From an uncultured Rivularia sp. (GTDB taxonomy: Bacteria; Cyanobacteriota; Cyanobacteriia; Cyanobacteriales; Nostocaceae): a stretch of 64,000 bases of DNA. Location: positions 5,408,001 through 5,472,000 of the forward strand of contig OY762007.1 of NCBI GenBank assembly GCA_963665115.1, written 5' to 3'. Below, in pieces: positions 1 through 10,999 of this stretch. Each line of letters begins with the position of its first letter. Position 1 is the first letter of the stretch. Below the pieces are notes generated by a model, which made no database searches, was not told where the DNA came from, and saw only the letters and a program-made list of their open reading frames with translations. The position numbers were made by a program, and so were the translations under genes.

Positions 1-3000
1 ATTTTTCGGCTGAGGTAGCGTTATCAATTGCTTGAGAGAAATCCTCAAATAAATAACAAAGAATAATTTTATTGAAAAATAAGGTGTTAAGAAGGCTATA
101 ATTTTTTGCTTGTTGTTGAGTGGAGATAATTTGTTCGTCGTATGCTTCACCAATTAAGCTGCAAGGGTTTTCAGGATTAGTTGTCAAATTAAGAACTACT
201 TGTTGATAAATTTTGTGTTTATCCAGAGATACTTTTTGTTTAAGTTGAGCGATAGCATCTGCATAAATATCCATATCTTGGATAACTTCTTGTAGTTGTT
301 TACCAACAAAATATGAATGGGAACAATAAGTTTGAGCAGACTTAGCAGCATATTCTAAATCGCCAGTTTCTAAGCCAGATTGATAAGCATCTAGTAGCGG
401 CTCTAGTGTTTTTCTCAGGTGTTCTTTCCAAGGCTTGAGTGAAGAGTAAACTAATTGATACGTTCTTGCTTTAACCTGTTTAACATTTAGTTTTTCCAAC
501 AGGTTTAGAGAAAGTTGACCAAATCTGTAGCCAGAATCCACATCTCCAAATACCTCACATAAAATTAGTCCATAACAAGCATAAGTATATATAGATTCAG
601 TCGAATTACCATATTTAAGAGACAAATAAACTTGCTTAAACATCAACTTTAGCAATAGCTTGGAACTAACTAAATATGCAGCAGAACCAACACTTGCTAA
701 GAGTGGCATGGCTTTAATTTTGTATGCATCTGACATTTGTGGCAGTTTAACTAAATCTTCAATTTCTCTGCCTAGCAAACTTTTTTTTATCCACAATCGA
801 CTCCACCATATATCGAATTTACTCGGCTTTTGAGGTATGTTTACTCCCAAAAGTTTTAAAACCGAAGTTCCAGTTTCAATTGCTTCAATTGGCTGATTTT
901 GAGCTATATAAGCAAGGATTTTGATTTCAGATATTTTAACTGTATCTAATAGGTTTGTGGCATTTTGCAATATCACAGAACCCAATTGCTCCATCTGCTC
1001 AAAATCACCATTAAGATATGCAACTTCTGTGGCTAAACTGTAAATTGAAACAGTCAATTGATATTCTGAATGCCAGCTATCTGATGAAAGTAATTGTATA
1101 GCTGTATTCAAATAGATTGCAGCAGCAGTATATGCTGTAGATGCTTTAGCTTTACTTCCAGCAATCATATTTAACTGCGCTACTTGAAATCTTTGTGCTT
1201 GTTCTTTAATTAATCCAACTCCAATATTCAATTGATTTACAATTTCAAAAATTCTCTCTTCTTGTGATTCTTTAGGAATATTTTGCAGAAGTAATTGACC
1301 AATTTTCAGGTGAGTTAATTGTTTATTATCTTGATGAATTAAGGAATAAGCTGCTTGTTGAACTCTATCGTGTAAAAATTTGTATTTGATAGTCAGATTT
1401 TGATTGTTTCTCTCTACTTCTTCAAAGTCATTAACTACAGACTCATCTTGAAAAAACTTGTAAGTTTGATTGACGGGAAGAATTAAACCGAATTGCAAAG
1501 CATCCCATAAATTTATTGCTATCTGAGCAACTGACTTTTCTTGAATTATGGCAATAGTTTCTAAATCAAATTGATTCCCAATACAAGCAGACAGCTTTAA
1601 AACTTCTTGAGTAGCTGTAGGCAATTTTTGTAACTTAATTGCCATAAAATCTACTACATTATCTGTAATTGATGATGCTTTAATTTGAGCAATATCGCAT
1701 TCCCAATAACCAACATCGGAATTAAATTTAATTAGTTTATCTTCATACAATGATTTGAGTAATTGAGTCGCAAAAAAGGGATTTCCTTGTGTTTTTTGAT
1801 ATATTAGTTGGGAAAGAGGTTCTGCTAAAATTTCCGCACAATTAAGAGTATCGGCAATCAATCGATCGAAATCAGTTTGTTTTAGCGGTGTTAAAGTAAT
1901 TTTGTTGACTCTTGAACCCAAGTCAAGCTTATCTAAAGTTAGCATCAATGGATGAGTCGGACTAACTTCGTTATCTCGATAAGCCCCAATTATCAAAAGA
2001 TGATTAGATTCAGTTTCACCGATTAATGATTGCATTAACTTTAAAGAAGCCGAATCAGCCCATTGTAAATCATCTAAAAAGATCGCCAAAGGGTGTTCTT
2101 TCGCAGCAATCACTTGAATAAAGTTCTGAAATAATAAATAGAAGCGATTTTGTGCTGCACTTCCTGATAATTCTAAAACAGATGGTTGTTTACCAATTAT
2201 TTTTTCTAGCTCCGGAATAACATCAATAATTACTTGTGCATTTTCTCCTAATGATTGGATAATTTTGGTTTTCCATTCTTCTAATACAGCCTTACTTTCA
2301 CCGAGTAATTTTCCAATCAAATCTTGTAGAGCTTGGACAATAGCACTAAAAGGTATATCTCTTTGGAATTGGTCAAATTTACCTTTGATAAAATAACCAC
2401 GTTGTTTAACAATGGGTTTATGAACTTCATTAACTATGGCTGTTTTACCAATACCAGAGAAACCCGCTACCAAAAATAGTTCGCTGTTTGAATTTTCACT
2501 TTTAGATTTTATATTATGAATTTCCCGATCTAAATCATTACTCAAAACAGAAGATTCATAACTTTCAGATATGCGTTCAAATGCAGCAATAATCGCTTCA
2601 ACTTCTGCTTTTCTACCGTAGAGTTTTTCAGGAATAATAAAGCGGTCATGAATATCCCTTTCTGCTATTTTAAAAGGCTCAAGACAGCCAAACTCTCGCC
2701 AACTGGTTAAACATTTTTCTAAGTCATATTTTAAGCCTAAAGCACTTTGATAGCGGTTTTCTGCGTTTTTCGCCATCAATTTGCTAACAATATTAGAAAT
2801 AACTAAAGGAATATCGGGATTTATTTTATGTAGTTCTTGAGGTTGCTTGGCAAGATGACAGTGAAGCAACTCCATCGGCTCATTTGAAGTGAAAGGAAGT
2901 TTTCGGGCAAGAAGTTCAAAAAACGTCACACCAAGAGAATAAAAATCAGTACGATAGTCAATTCCTCGATTCATACGTCCAGTTTGTTCTGGAGAAATAT

Positions 3001-3517
3001 ATGCAAGAGTTCCTTCTAAAATATTCAGGTTTTGTAATTGTTGGGTTTCTCTAGGTAATAGAGAAGCAATACTGAAATCAATAAGTTTAACTTGTTTATC
3101 GGCAGGATTTATCAGTATGTTGGCAGGTTTAATATCTTTATGAATTACCCGTTTGCTAATTAATCGATCGAGAATGGTAGAAAGTTGAATAGCAATTTGC
3201 AAAAAATAATCTATATTTAAAGAGCTTTTAGTAAAATATTCATCTAAAGAGATACCGCCAAAATCTTCCATTATTAAGGCATAACTATTGTCAAAAGCTT
3301 CTAAACTTAAGGGTTTGACAATACCATCAAAATCTAGATTAACTGCGATAGTATACTGATTCCTAAATTTAACTATTTCCTCAAAACTGGGATACTCAGA
3401 ATTAATAACTTTGACAACTACTGCTTTTGAGTCGTATTCTCTAACGCCTTTATATACTGTATTTCTGACACCTGAATATATCTTCTCTATAATGTGATAA
3501 CCACTCAATAACATCAT
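1..3517 (-). CDS. Ser/Thr kinase-AAA ATPase multidomain signalling protein (cyanobacterial trifunctional kinase/ATPase/sensor type); 3' end runs off the window
   Basis: Hand translation from ATG 3517: MMLLSGYHIIEKIYSG..., catalytic loop VIHKDIKPAN (~3120-3150), GTLAYISPEQTGRMNRGIDYRTDFYSLG, Walker A VAGFSGIGKT (~2440-2470), FLDDLQWAD. Probably absent from the ORF track because no stop lies in the window; frame not checked base by base. Confidence 0.93.
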   Translation of the reverse strand, partial: MMLLSGYHIIEKIYSGVRNTVYKGVREYDSKAVVVKVINSEYPSFEEIVKFRNQYTIAVNLDFDGIVKPLSLEAFDNSYALIMEDFGGISLDEYFTKSSLNIDYFLQIAIQLSTILDRLISKRVIHKDIKPANILINPADKQVKLIDFSIASLLPRETQQLQNLNILEGTLAYISPEQTGRMNRGIDYRTDFYSLGVTFFELLARKLPFTSNEPMELLHCHLAKQPQELHKINPDIPLVISNIVSKLMAKNAENRYQSALGLKYDLEKCLTSWREFGCLEPFKIAERDIHDRFIIPEKLYGRKAEVEAIIAAFERISESYESSVLSNDLDREIHNIKSKSENSNSELFLVAGFSGIGKTAIVNEVHKPIVKQRGYFIKGKFDQFQRDIPFSAIVQALQDLIGKLLGESKAVLEEWKTKIIQSLGENAQVIIDVIPELEKIIGKQPSVLELSGSAAQNRFYLLFQNFIQVIAAKEHPLAIFLDDLQWADSASLKLMQSLIGETESNHLLIIGAYRDNEVSPTHPLMLTLDKLDLGSRVNKITLTPLKQTDFDRLIADTLNCAEILAEPLSQLIYQKTQGNPFFATQLLKSLYEDKLIKFNSDVGYWECDIAQIKASSITDNVVDFMAIKLQKLPTATQEVLKLSACIGNQFDLETIAIIQEKSVAQIAINLWDALQFGLILPVNQTYKFFQDESVVNDFEEVERNNQNLTIKYKFLHDRVQQAAYSLIHQDNKQLTHLKIGQLLLQNIPKESQEERIFEIVNQLNIGVGLIKEQAQRFQVAQLNMIAGSKAKASTAYTAAAIYLNTAIQLLSSDSWHSEYQLTVSIYSLATEVAYLNGDFEQMEQLGSVILQNATNLLDTVKISEIKILAYIAQNQPIEAIETGTSVLKLLGVNIPQKPSKFDIWWSRLWIKKSLLGREIEDLVKLPQMSDAYKIKAMPLLASVGSAAYLVSSKLLLKLMFKQVYLSLKYGNSTESIYTYACYGLILCEVFGDVDSGYRFGQLSLNLLEKLNVKQVKARTYQLVYSSLKPWKEHLRKTLEPLLDAYQSGLETGDLEYAAKSAQTYCSHSYFVGKQLQEVIQDMDIYADAIAQLKQKVSLDKHKIYQQVVLNLTTNPENPCSLIGEAYDEQIISTQQQAKNYSLLNTLFFNKIILCYLFEDFSQAIDNATSAEK

Positions 3518-3555
3518 GAGTCCCCTGTATAATTATTTCGTGCCTCTACAGGGTT

Positions 3556-3564
3556 AGTATTCCC
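3556..3564 (-). promoter_or_regulatory. Candidate SigJ-type promoter element (J-box GGGAATACT) upstream of the kinase
   Basis: AGTATTCCC on + = GGGAATACT on -, about 40 nt upstream of the kinase start; matches the SigJ extended -10 consensus described in Nostoc. Confidence 0.55.
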
Positions 3565-4035
3565 ACTAGTATCAGATTTATAACAAACATTTAACCTGCA
3601 AATGCATTTTCCATGTAACTACTTAATTACAGAGAATTAATACTGGAATTATTACATAGTTAAAAGTTTGAGAGAATCACAACTACATCAAGACATAGAA
3701 AACAACGAAAAAATTAGACAGCAGTGAATATAAAGAACAAGGCTAACCTGAAATAGTACAAATCTTAACAAAATCAAAAATATTCAGATGATGAGTAATA
3801 AAAGTATTACCGTTGGGAAAGTGCATTAATGAGCTTCATAAACTATAATTAGCTCTTGTTAGTTAAATGGTTTGCTGTTACTGATGTAATAAGTAGTTCC
3901 TAATGCTAAAACTTCAGGAAATATAGGGGGCGTAGTTCTCCCAGTAAAGATTAATCCTTACGAATGATTTTTACAGTCGATTTGAGATTTGACTATAAAA
4001 TTTAAAACTATATAGAGTGTAAAAGGAGAAAAGAC

Positions 4036-4467
4036 ATGACACAAGCAAAAGCAGGTGACAACGTAAAAGTTCACTATACGGGCAAATTGGATGACGGTAC
4101 CGTTTTTGATTCCTCTGCCGAACGCGAACCTTTAGAGTTCTCCCTTGGTTCGGGAAATGTGATTCCTGGATTTGAAGAAGCGATAGTTGGTATGGCTCCT
4201 GGAGAGTCAAAAACTGCAACGATTCCACCCGATCAAGCTTATGGCCCTCGACGCGACGAACTTGCGATCGCAGTTGAGAAAGAGCAAATACCTACAGACT
4301 TAGCAGTAGAAGTCGGTCAACAACTACAGATTTCTCAAAACAACGGTCAAGTAATTCCAGTTATCGTTACAGACGTTTCGGATTCCAAAGTCACCCTCGA
4401 CGCAAATCATCCTCTAGCAGGACAGCAATTAACTTTTGATATTGAGTTAGTTGAAGTTAGCGAATAA
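4036..4467 (+). CDS. FKBP-type peptidyl-prolyl cis-trans isomerase (SlyD/FkpB-like)
   Basis: [34 protein letters not shown] motifs; AGGAG RBS. Confidence 0.93.
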   Translation: MTQAKAGDNVKVHYTGKLDDGTVFDSSAEREPLEFSLGSGNVIPGFEEAIVGMAPGESKTATIPPDQAYGPRRDELAIAVEKEQIPTDLAVEVGQQLQISQNNGQVIPVIVTDVSDSKVTLDANHPLAGQQLTFDIELVEVSE

Positions 4468-4562
4468 AGGTTAAAGGTTATGAGTTAGGAGTTAGAAGTT
4501 AGAAGTTAAGAGTTAAAAGTGAGAACTCGAAAACTTCTATTTCCTCTCCATCTCCTTGTCTC

Positions 4563-4597
4563 ATTACCAATTACCAATTACCAATTACCAATTACCA
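4563..4597. repeat. STRR heptamer array (ATTACCA)x5
   Basis: Tandem repeat between convergent genes. Confidence 0.9.
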
Positions 4598-4600
4598 AAA

Positions 4601-6076
4601 TCAAAATTTCTCCACATTCTCAAACTTCTTCTGACTCATAGCCCTTGCAGCTTCACCGCAGGTGCGCGGGGTGGGAAAAATCTTTTCTGGATTTGCTAAG
4701 CCTTTACTGTTAAAAACTTGCTTAACCCACTGCATTGTTTCTAAATCGGCATCTGAAAACATATCTGGCATATAGCATTTTTTATCCGCACCAATACCGT
4801 GTTCGCCGGAAATACTGCCGCCAACTCTGACGCATAGTTTAAGAATTTCTCCACCTACTTCTTCAACTTTTTCTAATTCACCAGGAACGGAATTATCAAA
4901 TAAGATTAGCGGATGCAAGTTACCATCACCTGCATGAAAGACATTGGCAATTTTATAACCGAATTTCTGACTTAAATTCTCAATTTCTTGTAATACATAA
5001 GGTAGCTGAGTCCGAGGAATTACCCCATCCTGCACGTAATAATCTGGACTTAAATGTCCCGCAGCTGCAAACGCGGCTTTTCTGCCTTTCCACAATTTTA
5101 AACGTGTTTCGGGGTCGTTCGCAGAAGTTACATTACGCGCACCATTGTTTTTACAAATATCGATTACCCGCTTTTTATTAGCTTTCACTTCTACATCCAA
5201 ACCATCGATTTCAACCAACAAAATCGCTACAGCATCGCGGGGATAACAATTCATTGCAGTTACATCTTCAACCGCATTGATGCTCATGTTATCCATCATT
5301 TCCATACCACCAGGAATAATCCCAGCGCTGATAATATCCGAAACTGCTGCTCCTGCTGCTTCCACGCTGGAAAAGTCTGCCAACAACACGCAAATCGATT
5401 CCGCACTTTTGAGAATTCGCAAAGTTATTTCTGTGGCAATTCCCAAGGTACCTTCCGAGCCAACAAATATTCCTGTTAAATCGTAACCGGGCATTTCTTG
5501 AACTTGTCCGCCCAAATCGACAACATCACCGTTAGCCGTGACAACTTTTAATCCTAAAACGTGGTTAGTGGTGACACCGTACTTTAAACAATGCACTCCA
5601 CCAGAATTTTCCGCAACGTTACCGCCGATAGAGCAAATAATTTGACTTGAAGGGTCGGGGGCGTAGTAAAAACCGGCACCGCTAACCGTTTGCGTTACCC
5701 AGTTGTTAATCACTCCAGGCTGAACCACAACCCGCTGATTATCTAAATCGACGTTGAGTATTTGCCGCATCAAAGAAGTGACTATCAACACGCATCCGAC
5801 AGTAGGCAAAGCACCGCCAGATAAACCAGTACCCGAACCTCTAGCAATAAAAGGAACCGAATATTTATTGCATATCTTCACTACTTGAGCAACTTGTTCC
5901 GTGGTTTTGGGCAAGACAGCCACATCTGGGCGTTGACGATAGCTTGCTAAACCATCGCATTCATAAGTAATTAGTTCCTCACGACGCTGGATTACGCCTT
6001 TTTTACCTAAAACCGCTTCAAATTCCTTGATGATAGGTTTCCAGTTGCGTTGTTGAGATTTTTCTTGAGTAAGCAT
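4601..6076 (-). CDS. glcD: Glycolate oxidase/dehydrogenase FAD subunit GlcD
   Basis: ARGSGTGLSGGA, PDPSSQIICSIGGNVAENSGG, HAGDGNLHP, SGEHGIG motifs. Confidence 0.92.
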   Translation of the reverse strand: MLTQEKSQQRNWKPIIKEFEAVLGKKGVIQRREELITYECDGLASYRQRPDVAVLPKTTEQVAQVVKICNKYSVPFIARGSGTGLSGGALPTVGCVLIVTSLMRQILNVDLDNQRVVVQPGVINNWVTQTVSGAGFYYAPDPSSQIICSIGGNVAENSGGVHCLKYGVTTNHVLGLKVVTANGDVVDLGGQVQEMPGYDLTGIFVGSEGTLGIATEITLRILKSAESICVLLADFSSVEAAGAAVSDIISAGIIPGGMEMMDNMSINAVEDVTAMNCYPRDAVAILLVEIDGLDVEVKANKKRVIDICKNNGARNVTSANDPETRLKLWKGRKAAFAAAGHLSPDYYVQDGVIPRTQLPYVLQEIENLSQKFGYKIANVFHAGDGNLHPLILFDNSVPGELEKVEEVGGEILKLCVRVGGSISGEHGIGADKKCYMPDMFSDADLETMQWVKQVFNSKGLANPEKIFPTPRTCGEAARAMSQKKFENVEKF

Positions 6077-6490
6077 GGTTTGTTATCCGGTGTGGGATGC
6101 GGTGGTTGTATTTATGAGCCTTACTACTATTGTTACAGGAATTTTGATTTCCGTTTACGTTATGCAAATCAATAGCTTCTTAAACTTGATATTTGATCAA
6201 AACTCGAACAACAGTGCTTAAATGTAGCTTTCTCCAAAAAGAAATCAGTGGAGATTTAGATTATAAAATCTCATTGTTAGGAGCAGAAAAAAGATGGAAT
6301 AATGATTGCAAGATTGTTCGGAAGAACTTGAGAGCAAATACAATTAGGCTGGCTCAGTATTCTAAAAAAATATTGGCTTTATCAAGGTAAAATAATTTTC
6401 TACAAAGGCGTTGTAATGCAACATCTCTACATTATTCATATGTCAATCGTTTAAAGTAGATATATAACCCAAATTGTTAGATAATCTATT

Positions 6491-7222
6491 ATGGTCAAGC
6501 AAACTTTAATTGATACTGATGATGGCTTCTATATCCCAGATGCCAATCAACTAGTCACTGAAGATGATACACCTGTGGATAATTTTGCATCGGAAAAACA
6601 GCAACGGCTTTTAGTTAGCTCTCTTTATAGTTCTTTACAAAAACAACCATTCCTTGCAGCAGCGAATGTCGGTGTTTACTATACGGATTTAAAACCAGCT
6701 ATAGTACCCGATGTTTTTCTTAGCTTAAACGCTCAAGTTCCTCAAAACTGGTGGGAAAAACACAATCGTTGCTACATGGTTTGGCGTTTTGGTAAACCCC
6801 CTGAAGTCGCAATTGAAATTGTTTCTAACAAAGTCGGTGATGAATTAGGAGAGAAATTAAGAATATACGAACATATGCGAGCCAGTTACTATATCGTATA
6901 TGACCCTACCAACCAAGTTAGTGAAGAAACCCTGCGTATTTATGAATTACGAGGAATGCGCTATTACCAAACTTCAGAAACCTGGTTAGAACAAGTTGAA
7001 TTAGGTTTAACTTTATGGGAAGGTGAATTTGAAGGCAGACAAGACTCTTGGTTACGTTGGTGTTACCAAGATGGTACCGTTTTATCGACAGGAGACGAAC
7101 GCGCTCAAACTGCCGAACAACGTGCTTCAAGTGCCGAACAACGCGCTTCAAGTGCCGAACAACGTGCCGTACAACTAGCCGAAAAACTCCGTGAAATGGG
7201 TATTAATCCAGAGAACTTGTAG
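6491..7222 (+). CDS. Uma2 family (DUF820) putative endonuclease with C-terminal heptad repeats
   Basis: IVPDVFLS, PPEVAIEIVS, YYIVYDP, WLRW; C-terminal AQTAEQR/ASSAEQR repeats; LREMGINP end. Confidence 0.9.
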   Translation: MVKQTLIDTDDGFYIPDANQLVTEDDTPVDNFASEKQQRLLVSSLYSSLQKQPFLAAANVGVYYTDLKPAIVPDVFLSLNAQVPQNWWEKHNRCYMVWRFGKPPEVAIEIVSNKVGDELGEKLRIYEHMRASYYIVYDPTNQVSEETLRIYELRGMRYYQTSETWLEQVELGLTLWEGEFEGRQDSWLRWCYQDGTVLSTGDERAQTAEQRASSAEQRASSAEQRAVQLAEKLREMGINPENL

Positions 7223-7324
7223 AGACGGGACGCAGTGCTACGTCTCCTTATAGTAAATTTATATAATACTCATCCCGAAAAGCAATAAATAACTATTGCC
7301 ATCAGCCAGATTTTTAGCTTAAAA

Positions 7325-7344
7325 TATAACTAACGTTCGATATA
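7325..7344. promoter_or_regulatory. Palindromic operator, probable TetR box (copy 1)
   Basis: TATAACTAACGTTCGATATA, 8/10 dyad symmetry, 19 nt upstream of tetR; near-copy at 9257-9276. Confidence 0.65.
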
Positions 7345-7363
7345 AAATAATGTAATTAACTAA

Positions 7364-7936
7364 ATGCCGAAAATTGTAGACCACGAAAAGTATAGCAAAG
7401 AACTGCTATGGAAAAGTTTCGATTTATTTGCTCAGAAAGGTTATGCTTCCGTCACCATGCGTGAAATTGCCAAAGAATTAGGTGTTTCAACAGGAACGCT
7501 GTATCATTACTTTCCGAATAAAGAAGCTCTGTTTTTACAGTTAGTAGAAGAACAGTTTCAACAGGATGTCACAAATTTTTTAGCCGAAGCAGGAGACATA
7601 AAATATGTTCCAGAGCGAATCAGAGCTTTAGTTGATTTTGTTGAAAAAAATGAAGAATATTTTATTAGTCAATTATTACTTTGGAGTGACTTTTACCAAC
7701 AGCAAGGAAAAAGCGAAGTCTTAAATAACGAAATTTTGAAGCGAGTGGCTCAGAATTCGAGAGAAGAATTATTAAAGTATTTAGAAATTGAAGACAAAGC
7801 AGTTGCTGATTTTGTAGTTAATTTTCTCAATGGTTTAATTTGCGTGCGAATGTTTGAAGGTGAAATGGTTTCTTATGAAGAACAAGGAGAATTATTAGTC
7901 CAAATGGTGAGTGCTTATTTGGCTAATTGGCAATAG
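7364..7936 (+). CDS. TetR/AcrR family transcriptional regulator
   Basis: N-terminal HTH FAQKGYASVTMREIAKELGVSTGTLYHYFPNKEALF. Confidence 0.95.
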   Translation: MPKIVDHEKYSKELLWKSFDLFAQKGYASVTMREIAKELGVSTGTLYHYFPNKEALFLQLVEEQFQQDVTNFLAEAGDIKYVPERIRALVDFVEKNEEYFISQLLLWSDFYQQQGKSEVLNNEILKRVAQNSREELLKYLEIEDKAVADFVVNFLNGLICVRMFEGEMVSYEEQGELLVQMVSAYLANWQ

Positions 7937-7960
7937 GTAATGGGTAATTGGTAATTGACT

Positions 7961-9239
7961 ATGCAAATACTTTCAAAACCTTCTAATAAAGTAATTGGTG
8001 TGGTAGCTGCTGCTACTGTAGTTACGAGTGGTATTGCCTTTTACGGAATTTCTCAAACTGGCTTACTGACTCAATCGAAACCACCTGTAGTAGAAGCACC
8101 ACCTGCGGTTAAAAAGGTCACTGCTTTGGGAAGATTGGAAACCGCAAGGAGAAGTAATTAATTTATCTGCACCTTTGATGTTGGATGGCGACAGAGTTGC
8201 AAAACTATTAGTTAAAGAAGGTGATAACGTAAAAGCGGGAGATGCGATCGCCATTTTAGATTCTCAAAAACGATTGCAAGATGCTGTATTACAAGCAAAA
8301 GAGCAAGTAAGAATGGCACAAGCTAAATTAGCTCAAGTAGCAGCAGGTGCAAAAACCGGACAAATTCAAGCGCAAGAAGCAACTATTGCAAAATTACAAG
8401 TAGAAAAAACTACTCAAATAGCAGCACAAAAAGCAACTGTTGCTCGCTTACAAGCAGAAAAAACTACGGAAATCCTTGCACAACAAGCGACGATTGCGAA
8501 ATTACAAGCAGAGGTTGATAATGCCAATATTGAATATCAACGCTATCAACAACTTTTTAATCGGGGTGCAATTTCCACATCTTTACGAGATAGTAAACGT
8601 TTAACATTACAAACCGCAAAACAACAACTTAACGAAGCGAGAGCAAACCTCAATCGCATTCAAGCATCCCGACAGCAACAGCTTTCCGAAGCACGAGCAA
8701 ATCTCAACCGCATTCAGTTATCAGGAAGCGAACAAATTAGAGAAGCTAAAGCAACTTTAAATCAAATTGCTGAAATTCGTCCCGTAGATATCCAAGTAGC
8801 ACAAACTGAAGTGGATAATGCTAAAGCTGCGGTAAAAAAAGCGCAAACTAACTTAGAACAAGCTTATATCCGCGCACCAATAGAGGGAAAAATTATTAAA
8901 ATTCATACGCGAGAAGGCGAAAAAATAGCTGATGAAGGTATCGCTGGATTAGGAAAAACTCAGCAAATGATAGTAATTGCAGAAGTATATCAAACCGACA
9001 TTGAAAAAGTTAAGTTGGGACAAAAAGCGCTGATTACCGGACAAGCTTTTTCTGGTAAATTGAAAGGAAAAGTTTCTCAAATTGGCTTACAGATTAACAG
9101 ACAAAACGTTTACAGCAACCAACCAGGAGAAAATTTAGATCGACGAGTGATTGATGTAAAAATTCTTCTTAATCCAGAAGATAGTAAGCGAGTAACAGGC
9201 TTAACTAACTTACAAGTACAAACGGAGATTGAATTATGA
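7961..9239 (+). CDS. DevB-family (HlyD) membrane fusion protein; apparent +1 frameshift at 8138-8143
   Basis: Removing one A from GAAACC joins VTALGRLE to PQGEVINLSAP; coiled coil; ENLDRRVIDVKI...LTNLQV DevB-type end. Confidence 0.88.
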
Positions 9240-9256
9240 TTTCCATTGGCTTAATT

Positions 9257-9276
9257 TATAACGAATGTTTGATATA
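9257..9276. promoter_or_regulatory. Palindromic operator, probable TetR box (copy 2)
   Basis: TATAACGAATGTTTGATATA, 17/20 identical to 7325-7344, just upstream of the Rieske gene. Confidence 0.6.
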
Positions 9277-9283
9277 AGTAATA

Positions 9284-10255
9284 ATGAGAGTAAAAATGTT
9301 TTTACAAAACAAATGGTGGGTAATCGCAGAGTCAAAAACAATCGGCAATAAACCTGTTGCACTGAGACGGCTTGGTGAAGACTTGGTTTTATGGAGAGAT
9401 AGTAGCGGAAAAATAGTTTCTCAAAGCCAACATTGTCCTCATCGCGGCGCAAGTCTTGCATTGGGTAAAATAGTCGATGGTTGTATTGAATGTCCTTTTC
9501 ATGGTTTCCGTTTTGCACCAGAAGGAAACTGTATATTAATGCCTTGTGAAGGTAAAGAAGCTTGCATCAGTAATCAAATGCGGGTGAAAAGTTATGTAGT
9601 ACGGGAAGCTCACGATTTAGTATGGCTGTGGTGGGGAGAGGAAAAATCGAATTATCCACAAATACCTTGGTTTGAAGAATTGGAAGATAGTCCTCAACGC
9701 TGGGCTTCCGGTACCATGACTTGGGATATACCTTTTACCAGAGCAGTAGAAAATTTACTCATCGACGTACATCATATAGCCTTTGCTCATCATAAAGTAG
9801 CTTGGTTATCAGGTTTTGGTTCAGCTACATTGCTCGAACCTTTTAAAGTAGAAGTAAAAGATGAAATAATTCATAGTTGGGGACAGTTAAAATCACCAGA
9901 AACTAATAAAAATAAAAGTAATTTTGATTTTAATCACTGGCTTTATTTTCCTAATTTAGCGCTATTTGATTTTGGTTTTGGTGGAATAAAGCTATTTGTA
10001 GTTGCCACACCAATCGATACAAATAATACTTGGGCATATGCGCGTTACTATACTCCATTTGCTAATCCTTGGATAAGTCGATTAATTTCTAAATTAGCTA
10101 TTTGGGTTGAATTAAATTTAGCTCAACCAGACGATTATAAACTTGTGAAATCAAGCCAACCGCAAGAAAGTGGTTTAAGAGTAAATAATTTTGTTCATGC
10201 CGATCAAACAATAGTGATGTGGCACAAGATGTATGAGAATCAGACGTTAGGTTGA
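9284..10255 (+). CDS. Rieske [2Fe-2S] non-heme iron oxygenase alpha subunit (VanA/demethylase-like)
   Basis: CPHRGASL...IECPFHG Rieske motif; ENLLIDVHHIAFAH mononuclear iron motif. Confidence 0.9.
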   Translation: MRVKMFLQNKWWVIAESKTIGNKPVALRRLGEDLVLWRDSSGKIVSQSQHCPHRGASLALGKIVDGCIECPFHGFRFAPEGNCILMPCEGKEACISNQMRVKSYVVREAHDLVWLWWGEEKSNYPQIPWFEELEDSPQRWASGTMTWDIPFTRAVENLLIDVHHIAFAHHKVAWLSGFGSATLLEPFKVEVKDEIIHSWGQLKSPETNKNKSNFDFNHWLYFPNLALFDFGFGGIKLFVVATPIDTNNTWAYARYYTPFANPWISRLISKLAIWVELNLAQPDDYKLVKSSQPQESGLRVNNFVHADQTIVMWHKMYENQTLG

Positions 10256-10266
10256 TTAGTTAATAG

Positions 10267-10917
10267 TTGAATAATTTAAAAATAAAAGTTCCAATATTAG
10301 ACAATCTCATGAATACAGAAATCATCCGTTTAGAAGAAAATCAAATCAAACAAGCAACTGAAACTGTTGTTGATGCATTCAGTAAAGATCCTATTTTTGA
10401 ATATATTCTACCTCAAGCAATTAGTAAAAGAGATAAAGTCTCTCGGGATTTTTCGTCAGCAAATTTACGCTATTGCCAGCCATTAAACCATATATATACG
10501 ACTCCAGAAATCAAAGGTATTGCAGTTTGGATACCACCAGGAAAGTATCCTTTAAACTTATTCAGATTATTACAACTGGGATTCTACAAAATTCCATTTC
10601 TACTTGGTCTTAAAGGATTAGAAAAATTTCTATCTGTGTTTGCACCACTTGATAAATACCACGAGAAAGATATGCATCAACTACATTGGTATTTATTAAT
10701 TTTAGGAGTTTCCGAAGCTTATCAAGGACAAGGGATTGGTGGCTTGTTAATTCAACCGATTCTTGAACAAGCTGATAAAGAAGGTTTACCTTGCTATTTA
10801 GAAACATCAACAGAAAGAGCCGTCCGTTTTTATCAAAAACATGGGTTTGAAATTCTAAGGAAAATTGAAGAACCAGTTCAATTATGGACAATGAAAAGAT
10901 TACCAAGAAGTAATTAG
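10267..10917 (+). CDS. GNAT family N-acetyltransferase (likely start ATG 10309)
   Basis: HWYLLILGVSEAYQGQGIG acetyl-CoA motif; CYLETS...FYQKHGF. Confidence 0.9.
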   Translation: MNNLKIKVPILDNLMNTEIIRLEENQIKQATETVVDAFSKDPIFEYILPQAISKRDKVSRDFSSANLRYCQPLNHIYTTPEIKGIAVWIPPGKYPLNLFRLLQLGFYKIPFLLGLKGLEKFLSVFAPLDKYHEKDMHQLHWYLLILGVSEAYQGQGIGGLLIQPILEQADKEGLPCYLETSTERAVRFYQKHGFEILRKIEEPVQLWTMKRLPRSN

Positions 10918-10999
10918 AGGGAGAGAAGAGGGCAAAGAATGATTAATTTATAAGTCCTAACTATTCGCTGTTAACTGCTCACCGTTCGCTGATTTAACC

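Noticed and set aside
6193..6390. 65-aa intergenic ORF
   Set aside because: TTG start, no clear RBS or motif.
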